A DNA stretch of 64,000 nucleotides from Felis catus (Eukaryota). The first letter of the stretch is position 1; each line of letters starts with the position of its first letter. The notes beneath the pieces are model-generated. The model did no database searches and was not told the DNA's origin. It saw only the letters and a list, made by a program, of their open reading frames with translations. The stretch covers positions 8,868,001 to 8,932,000 of the forward strand of contig NC_058383.1 in the NCBI RefSeq assembly GCF_018350175.1, written 5' to 3'. Positions 55,301 through 64,000 of this stretch are shown piece after piece. The position numbers and the translations under genes were made by a program.

Positions 55301-55895
55301 ACACATTTACTCCACATATTTTTTAACAGAAAGAGAAGTCACATCAGGAAACGATCTGATTTTGTGGTAGCTGACGTAGTGTTTTCTTGTACGTGAATAG
55401 AATCCTGACATGTAGTGCACATGATCCATAGCTTTAACTGGCTCTGGGCTTTTGCTGGCCAGGGTCTGTTTAATACACTCCATTCTAGGCCAAATCAGGA
55501 CAAAAAGAAAAGATCCGAATCTAGGTATTTTATAATCTGCTTTTTAACCTCTAACCGCAGAGCACGCTGATCAGACCTCATATCTCGGAGGTTAGGAGAC
55601 AAGTTAGAACTGTAGCATGTCCCCGTTCATTCTGTTTTAATTTATGGTGTCTACGTCTGCGTTAGTGAGTCCGCACACGTGCGAGCGTGTAAAGGAAGGA
55701 GGAAAGAGTGGGCCGCCGAGGTGGCAGCAGGCAGCTTGGGGGCGTGGGGGGGGCCGCAGGGGTCCCGCCCCGCGTGGTCAGCAGGCTTCCCTTGGCACAG
55801 AAGGCAGCACACCTCTCAGCACTCTCCCGGGCGCCTGATGGACTGAGCCCCACCAGGGGCCGCCGCTCCCCGGGCCCGGCAGGCTCTGGCGCACG

Positions 55896-55933
<38 letters not shown>

Positions 55934-57464
55934 CTCGCTCTCCCGCTCTTCCCACCACAAGCACTGAGGACTGTTGACCGTCGTGGGAAGCTTCCTTCCC
56001 TGCAGCGGAGAGAACGTGGCAGTCCGGGCTCTGCCCTCACCCCTGTAGAGATGGCCCACACTCCCACCAAAACGTTGTTGCTCTTCACTTCCAGACCAGA
56101 CCATCCATCGACCCTTCATTCATTCTGCCTCTTGGAACAGTTCTTTTATGCACAGTGTAGGGCAGTCTAAGTACAAACCTGAAGTCTAACTTGTCTCTGA
56201 TTCCTCCTGTTGTCTATGTGTATACGCGTGAGAATAGAGGTGGGTGAGAGTGTGCGTGTGTGCGTGTGTGCAATTTTATACGTCTGTGTATTTTCTTAAG
56301 TACCTGTGCACACATAGAGTGCATTACTGCCACCTTTTTTCAATAAGCTGTTTTATCAGTTATGGCTTCTACAAGTTTGCTAATTTAGACTCCTTTATTG
56401 CCATATCTTTAAACTAACAATAGATGATTTCGGTATATATATATATTTTTTTTTGCTTATTTATAGGTGCTGTATTTTATTATCTGATTGTTAGGAAGGG
56501 ATGAAAGGGGCAAATATTCTTTAGAGGGATAGACTGCCGGCAGTATTGGGTATAATTTACAAGATGTAGTTGTCATACTGTATATTACTGATTGAAAACT
56601 TTTTGACCGTATTGTGTATCATTGAAACCTTTGTCTTAGGTCAACATCTTTGGATGGCATTTTAATGGTGCATTCATTATTTCTTAAGTTTAATTAATAT
56701 TACCTTTTTTTTTTTGATGGGGGGGTGGGAGGGAGTTATAATTTTCAAGGTATGCCCCCGCTATTACACCTCAGTGTGCTTGTATTAATTAACTTGTAGG
56801 ACTTTGACTGTAAGATGTGAAACCACATTTCTTGCATGATGTTTTAGAAATTACGTAGTTCATTTACAGTCCTTTAACCTGCAACTGCAGCACTTAGTTA
56901 AAGTTTTCACAAATTTAAGAGTCACTACACTAAAGACAATGCCTTTTCATGAATAAGAAGTTTTCAGAAGGCTCTAGGAGGCTGGGAGGCAGGCTATTTG
57001 CCTTTTGATGGTCGTATCATCTCTGAACTCGATACCTGGTTCAGTGAGAAGAGAATTCAAAATGGAGGAGCTTAAGGGGAAACAGATTAACATCTGGCTC
57101 GATTCAGGTGCATTAAGAAGAGCGAGTTTGCGTTAGTGACCCCCCCCCCCAGGACAGTGAGTAGCAGAGCCCCTGACAGTACTGTGGTGTCCTCTCCACG
57201 AAAACCTCGAGGGAATCGTGTCATCATGTGTGACGAATCTCTAAATATCTGATTTTTCATTGCAATGAAAAGCAGGGTGTTAACCAGAAATATTAGGGTA
57301 GTGTTTTAGTTTTCAAGGCATGACTGTTATTTACCAAGGCGTTAAATCCGAGGGAATTGAAAAAAGTATAGATTTGTCCATCCTCGTGGCCAAATAGTAA
57401 CAGTCTAAAACAGCCACTTTGGCTCTTCCAAGCGATTTAGTCATTTTTGTTGGGTTTTGGTGAT

Positions 57465-57493
57465 GGTGGTGGTGGTGGTGGTGGTGGTGGTGG
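57465..57493. repeat. (GGT)n microsatellite in the 3' UTR
   Basis: Direct reading. Confidence 0.9.
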
Positions 57494-60400
57494 TTTTTAA
57501 ACTAGGTTTATGTTGACTTCCGCTCTACCTTTTTTGCCAGACTTACATCTGGGTGCTCGATACAATCAGTTGGTTAAAGTTTGCTTGCGGTTCTGTGTTT
57601 GTATTTTTTCTCTATTTATATATATATATTTTTTTTTATCGTGATCCCAACCCTATGATCTTTTGTGTTAAGCTTTCACTGTAATACTTCTAAGAGCTGC
57701 CACTATATAACAGAAACCTGTCAGGGGGTCGGGGGAGTGTCCCCCCTCCTCGTTGCACCTCAGTGTGAGTCTAAGGGTTGATCTTTCATCTTGATAAGCA
57801 ATATTCAAGTGCCTTGAACAGCATCCTCTCCGGGGGGGCTTACCTTCAGCTGGCTGACATTCCGAGCCGTAGCCCCCACAGGCAGCCGACCTCCTCCTTA
57901 CGCTCCACCAGTTTAAAAAGCTGATTTGTACCTCTCCCCTGGGGAAAGCGGTTCCGTATAAAACACTAACACTTAATTACAAGCTCCATTATACCATTTT
58001 AAATGGCTTCTTTTTGTTAATTGGAGGCAGTGTTCATAACTTAAGGGTTTTGCCATTACTTAGCTGGCTAAGTGGAGGTTCGGTGTCAAATCCGCGTTCG
58101 CGTTCGGCCTCTTGACCCTTGGTTCCAGCCACACTCCCTTTGTGGGATCGGAGGCGGAAGGCGTGTGGGCTCCGTCCTAGACCTGTGCCCGCTCGCCTCC
58201 ACCGTCTGGCTCCCAGGCGACCGCCAGCCTTGAACTTCTGGATCAGTCGGCCCGTCCGGGATCTCTGTCCGCCAGACTGGTCTTCAGAAAGGATTGCCGT
58301 AGCCATCCAGCTCAACTCGAGTATGCTCGGAGCCGACCTGCGTGAGGAACATCACAACATAAGGTGGCTCGTGGTCAGCAGGCTGTCCCGGGATGCCGGC
58401 TTGGAGAAGTCTCCAGGAAGTGCCAGGATCTTGACCCGTATGACCACCATCAAACCATGGCCGCTGTGTCTGTGAGAGTGACTGAGGCAAAAAGATGACG
58501 GTTGCCTCCCCGGGGCCGGTTCCCTGTGCTTCCAAAGCACAGGTGCCTCCCTGCCCAGTCTCCTCCTTTTTGGCATCTTCGTTGTTCTCCCCATTTAAAA
58601 CTCATCCCCTCCGATGTGGACGTTTGGGTCCGCTGGTTGGTGGTCCAGACCCAGAGTGCTACAGAGCTTGGGGTTGAGTGTCTGTGCTCTCTCTGGCCAT
58701 GGGAGACCCTCCCCATGTACCGCCGCACCCCCCCCCCCAAACCGGCCCGGAGCCACGTCAGTCGTGCGGCTCATGAGGAAACCAAGCAGAAGGCAGGTTG
58801 TACTCTAATCCGAGGGAAAGCTCTGGTGTCGGCTCGTTGCCCTAAGATCATGCCCCAGTCGTGCCCTAAGAGGTCGGGACAAGAGTCACCGGACGGCTCA
58901 GTCCACAGGCCGGTGCCTTCCCGGCTGCAGGCGAACTGGGGTTCCTCCTGAACGCCTGCCCCCTCTGGCACGGTGATCAATGAACCCTGTTGACATTCTA
59001 TGCAATGTTTCTCATTCCTCCTTAGAAAAACAAACCTCCCTGAAAGTAGCAGAGGAGCCGGGGGCGGGGGGGGCGGGGTCGGAAGGTGTACGCACGCCCT
59101 TCTGGGATTAGCACAAAGTGAACCGGTGTTCGTGACCGACTACACCTGGAGCTGGGGGACGGCGGCCGTTGCCTTAAATGCACTCTGCCGGGCGCCTCTG
59201 GACAGGCCTGTAAAAGCAAGAGTCCGCCCTCAGCCATCCCGAGCCCCCACTTTCTGAGGCCAGTAAGCCAGCCGTGCGGGGGAGACGTAGCAAGGCGAGG
59301 TTCGGGTTAGCCGCGTCCCTTCCCTCCCTGGGAAGGACGGGAGGTCTGCTTCCCTCCCTGGGTGTCCTCCCTCGTCAGCACACTCCTCCTCCGTCCCCTT
59401 CTACCTCACTGACCTGTGCTCCCACTCGATGCTACTCCCCACCCCGAGCCCCTCAGAACCGCGAGGCCCGAGTGGACTCCGGCGCGGGGGAGAGGGAAAA
59501 CGCTAGAGGCGCGGCATTCCTGAGTGTCTTGGCCTGGCGGGCAGGCTCCTTCCCCCTCTTCTCTTTTGTGAGCGCAACATGGACGGACAGCTGTGCTCCA
59601 CGAGGCACATGGATTTTTCTCTCGACTTCCACCTGTTCCTAACGCTCTGACAGCTGTTTCCTTTGCTGGCGGGGGCGGTCTCGGGCCTCAGAGGGCCTTG
59701 TCTTTGGCCTGCCTTTGCTTTCTGTCCGTTCCTGCTCAGCTGTTGGGCTCCATCAAAGCCGTTTTTCCCTTGCCCTGGGCTGCCCCTACATGGCCACGTG
59801 AGGACACTTCCCCAGGATCCCTACCTGGCGTTGGGGAACTCTGCCAGACCTCCTTTGGAAGCCTCTCAAGGTCAGGAGAGGAGATGGTGTTCTCCAGTCC
59901 ACAAACCCAGTCTTCAATCACGTGACTCTTCCCAAAAGAACATGCCAGTTTCTATGCAGTGCAGAGGAAGGAAGAAAAAAAAACAAAAACGGCTCCCTGA
60001 GCCGCCGGTTAGATGTGGGTGCGCCCTCTCTGGTGGCCAGAGTATTCTCCTGCCGGAACGACCCGGGAGCCTAACTGAAGATTTGTGCCATGATCGCCTG
60101 CCTGCGCACCTGCCGGGAAAGCTCGCGCTTAGAAGTCCCCCCCACCACCCCAGTGCTTTTTGTCGTGTCGTCTGCGCCTCGGTGGCAACAGGAGAGCCTT
60201 CGTGACCACCGCCCCCACCCCTGTACCCAGGGCAGAGCTCCCACCCCAGGTGGCCAGACGGTGGCCTGGGACTCCAACGTGATACAGTCCCGTTGCCCGG
60301 AACGTCTGCTGAGAGAAGGGTCCAGTTTGACAAAAATCTTTCCATTCCCATCAGTTTCTGCCTTTTTGTAGATGAAAACCATCAGGAGAAGAAAACCAGT

Positions 60401-61877
60401 TCCCGATGAAAGTTCCGAAAAGATGCAGCCTGTGAACCCTTTACAGATGTGCTGAAAAGCGGAGGCCCGAACCCAGGGGGTGAATCCGGAAGGCAGAGGA
60501 GGGGCGTGGAGAGCAGTGAGCTGGGCAGGAAATGAGCTCCGCCCGAGTTCCTCGCCCCAGCAGCCCTGGAGCCTCATCCTGCGGAGGGAAGAAGGAAAGG
60601 CAGGTTCCCCGGGCGCTCTCCTCTCAGGGGACCTGCCCCCACCTGCCCAGGCCCTGCGGCCCTTCCTCCACCTCCCCTCCAAAGATACCGTGACCACGCC
60701 GCCAGCGGTATCTCCATTCTCATCTTTGCATGAAGTGACATTTAGCTTTAACAAGACATTTCCAAAGCGCCTAGTCTCCTCCGGAATGCTAACTTGAAAA
60801 GTTGGGCATTGTAGGCGAAGAATCCTAAAAAAGGCTAGTGAGAGAAAGGCATTAGGCTATGCATAAATGTGCACTTCCCCATCCCCCTGGTATTAGCCTT
60901 TTGAAATACCTTTGAGTTGCTTTCCACGGATCATTTTCGCTTCTCCAATGACGTTAAGTGTAGTCTTGTTACTGTCCTTTTCTGTAGTGTTTAGGCTTTC
61001 ATTTCTACCACAAAATAATGCTATATGCTATGTATCAAGCTTTCTGTGATCAGAAAGGAAAGGTGCCTTATATCCCAATGTCACGGCTACATCCCTATGG
61101 AAAAACTAATCAGAAGCACAGTGTGTACGGAAGCGTTGGGACTTCCGTTGGTGAAACCAGACACCATTCAGCAAGATGCATCGAAGTGGCACGGGGCTGC
61201 TTTTGTTCGAAAGTTCCTCTCCCTTTTCATTTTCCCTTCTTTGTCTTTTTCTTTTTCTCCCCCCACCCCCCGCTTCCTTTTTTTTTTTTTGTAGTTTGCT
61301 TTAAACAGAAAGCACTTAAGTAGATGACTATGTGTAAAAAGCTCTGTGCAATAGAAATCATTTTTCTTCATTTTTAAGAGATAATGTATTGCACACCAAA
61401 TGAACTCGAAGTAAGCTTTAGACCAGGACGATTCAGGTTGTGGGTGAGCATGTTCACTGTAGTTCCGTTTGTTCATGAACTGAAGGGAAAACAGGCCTCC
61501 CCAGCATCCCCCCCACCCCCCCCATCTCAGCCTGCCTCTTACTGACCACCGAGCGAGGTGTGCAGGTGCACAGGGCACCCCCCCCCAGGCACCTGCTGGA
61601 ACCGCTGGCTGGGGGAGGGGGGGCGGGGGGGCGGGGGGGGGCGGTGTTTGTGACCCAGCAGCTCAGAACCCTCCCAAGTGTGAGACTACAGCCATCCCTT
61701 CCAGCACTTAACCTTTTCTTGTTGAGATGGATTGACTGCTACTGACCTGCCAGCGTGCGTGAGGAGAATTATAAAAGGATGTTTCCTTGAGAAGAAAAAA
61801 AAAAATTATTTCTATCCTCTTCTATTTATTGTTAGGTTAATCATTTAAGTACTTATCAGGAGTGTATTGTTGTTTTG

Positions 61878-61905
61878 TGTTGTTGTTGTTGTTGTTGTTG
61901 TTGTT
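61878..61905. repeat. (GTT)n microsatellite in the 3' UTR
   Basis: Direct reading. Confidence 0.9.
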
Positions 61906-63704
61906 ATAAATGCTTCTTGCTATCACTCCAGTGGTTACTGTCTTCTGCCTCCTGCCCTCTCCCCCCCCCCTCCGCCGCCCCCCAGTCCCCAAAAGAACCG
62001 AAGGGTCTGGGGTTTCGACTGGGGGGCCAGAGGGGGCTTCTCCAGCAGAATCAGACATCTGTGTCCAGAGTAGCCACTCAAAAACGAGCGGTCTCCGCGT
62101 GTCTCACTTTTTTAAACGAGAGAGTTGAAGAAGAACACTCAGTGCAAGGAACTCCAGAGACGTAGAAAAGCAAAGTTCAGTTCCCCAAAGCCTCCTAGAG
62201 CCTCTGGTTAAGACTTCTGGGTTCATGAAGTTTCAGCGAGCCCTGGTCGGAGAGGGCGGCGCGGCAGCGGCCTGGCGGAGACCGTGGCTTCCGAGGGAGA
62301 GAGCGGTTTCTTGCAAGCCTCGCGTGGGTTGCTGTGTTCTGTTGGCTTTTCTTGTTGTGATTGTGGTTGTTTTCCTTGCACACAGAGTTGGTCAAAACCG
62401 TCTTGCATCTTGCGAAGCAACAGTGTATTCTGGTCCGGCTGTGGCTTGAGGACCCACACCAGCGAGGTGGGGGGGATCCCCTCCCCGCTTAATGCGGTGA
62501 AGCTCTGAAGCTTAGAGGGAGGAACACAGCCTAACACAGCCCGTTGCTTGCTAATCGGGTGTGAAGGTGGGGTGGGGCCCAGGAGAAGGGGGCTGCCCGC
62601 CAGGCCGAGGTCCAGGTGGGGCCGCGCGGCCGACCCTCGCTCCCAGAGGGCCCCCCCCCAACTCCGACTCGCTTTCTGTGCCATGACTTCCCTTCTCTGA
62701 AATTGTCGGGGGTCCTGATTCTGTCCTCATCTCTGAAAGAAAGCCCTCCGATGGAATAACCACCCCCATCTCCCCCACCCCGCGCCCCAAAGAGTTCTCA
62801 TTTCTCTCGAATCAGTCTATGCATTTCTCTCTTGAGCCGTTTTCTGCCTCTTTCCTGGGGAAAACGGGCCTCTCCTGTCCCACCGAGACCCCTCAGAAGA
62901 CGCTGTGCATTTTGGAGACGTGAGGATTCGTGCAAAACTCTTTACCGCGTTTGAGAACAACTCGTTAGCAAATACAAGTGGGGGAAAAAAAAGCAGCAGC
63001 AACAGAAAAGGTGGGTTTCCCCACGTCCCTTTCCACTGAGTAAGACCTAGCTCTTTGCAATGTGCAATAACTACTTGCCGCGAGGGCGGGGAGCACCACG
63101 CTCCTGCCCAGACTACTAACACAGCACAAGACAAGCTCGCTCGCAGAGTGGCGGACTTCTTCCGGAAAACTCTTCATAAGCTCAGCTCCCCCCCACCCCC
63201 ACCCCCACCCCCCAGTGTATCGTGGTGTCTTACATTTTAGCAGTATTTTATATTTTCTGTAACGCACTAAGTCTTAGATGTTTTTAGAGCTCGTTTGTTA
63301 CTACAATCACAGACCTTTTTTTTTTTTTTAAATCCTCACAGAGACCCGATTGACCAAAAACAAAAACAAAAAACAAACGAAAAAAAAAAAAAAAAGGCGT
63401 CGTTTTTGTACAAATAGCTTTGAGAAGCCTCTGTTGTGTTGCTGTGACCCATCTCTGGTAACATTTTTTTTTTCTTGCTATTTGTTTTGGACATTAAGAG
63501 TCAAAAGTTGATCCAGCTGGCGTGGGGGTGGGGGAGGCACCCGTCGGCCCCTCGACGTCGTCCCTTCTGTCTTTGGTTAGCCATACGATGTCTGTTCTCA
63601 GCACTGTACAACGGTCCCTATATGATATGGAGAAGCAATATCACTGTATGAAACTCACACCATGTATTATTATTATTCACTAGCACCCTAGGTGTGATAA
63701 TTGA

Positions 63705-63753
63705 AGTAAATATCTTTTATACAAACACAAGAATGTGTGGGTTGTGTTTATTT
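63705..63753 (+). terminator. Distal polyadenylation signal AGTAAA with GU-rich downstream element
   Basis: AGTAAA at 63705-63710; TGTA at 63605, 63645 and 63663 upstream; tgtgtgggttgtgtttattt downstream. Confidence 0.6.
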
Positions 63754-63830
63754 AAAGTGCCCCGGCCTGAGGAGAAGCAGCAAACACTGTCATTCTGTGT
63801 CCAAAGGGCACCTCGGGGACTGCCATTCTG

Positions 63831-63948
63831 GGGGCGCCTGGGTGGCTCAGTCGGTTGAGCGTCTGGCTCTTGATGTCGGCTCGTGATCCCAGGGTCGTGG
63901 GATCGCACCGCGCGTTGGGCTCCTTGCTGAGTGTGGAGTCTGCTTGGG

Positions 63949-63990
<42 letters not shown>

Positions 63991-64000
63991 CCTCTCCCCC
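63831..64000 (+). mobile_element. CanSINE (runs off the window end)
   Basis: GGGGCGCCTGGGTGGCTCAGTCGGTTGAGCGTC head and CT tract. Confidence 0.92.

Larger units (their letters stand above)
54546..63730 (+). other. CUX1: CUX1 p200 3' UTR (short form to about 55320, long form to about 63730)
   Basis: Follows the stop; AU-rich blocks; no recognisable CanSINE for about 9.2 kb; two poly(A) signal contexts. The end coordinate is inferred. Confidence 0.7.

Overview
This window is mammalian genomic DNA from a feliform carnivore (cat-like, judged from CanSINE/SINEC_Fc-type elements). It holds the 3' half of CUX1 (cut-like homeobox 1, CDP/Cux) on the + strand. Thirteen coding exons join into one open frame through canonical GT-AG introns; they correspond to human p200 exons 12-24 (numbering from recall). 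They encode the end of the coiled-coil shared with the Golgi isoform CASP, CUT repeats 1-3, the homeodomain and the C-terminal repression region, with the stop at 54543-54545. A roughly 9.2-kb 3' UTR follows, with no recognisable CanSINE, a proximal AATAAA and a distal AGTAAA signal. Introns carry CanSINEs, MIR, L2, an MLT1 LTR and microsatellites. There is no prokaryotic system, CRISPR array or second protein-coding gene. The most unusual items are: the exon-15 acceptor at the p200/CASP decision point (142-nt AG-free zone, duplicated U-tracts, 14-bp palindrome); 34 in-register GRGCY-type pentamers just after the stop codon; a triplicated 37-bp M-box unit spaced by GATA arrays in intron 20; poly-Pro12/poly-Ala8 tracts in the last exon; inverted SINEs around a frame-symmetric exon 21; and miRNA sites partitioned by alternative polyadenylation. 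All functional readings are hypotheses, and I cannot claim a demonstrably new system from sequence alone.
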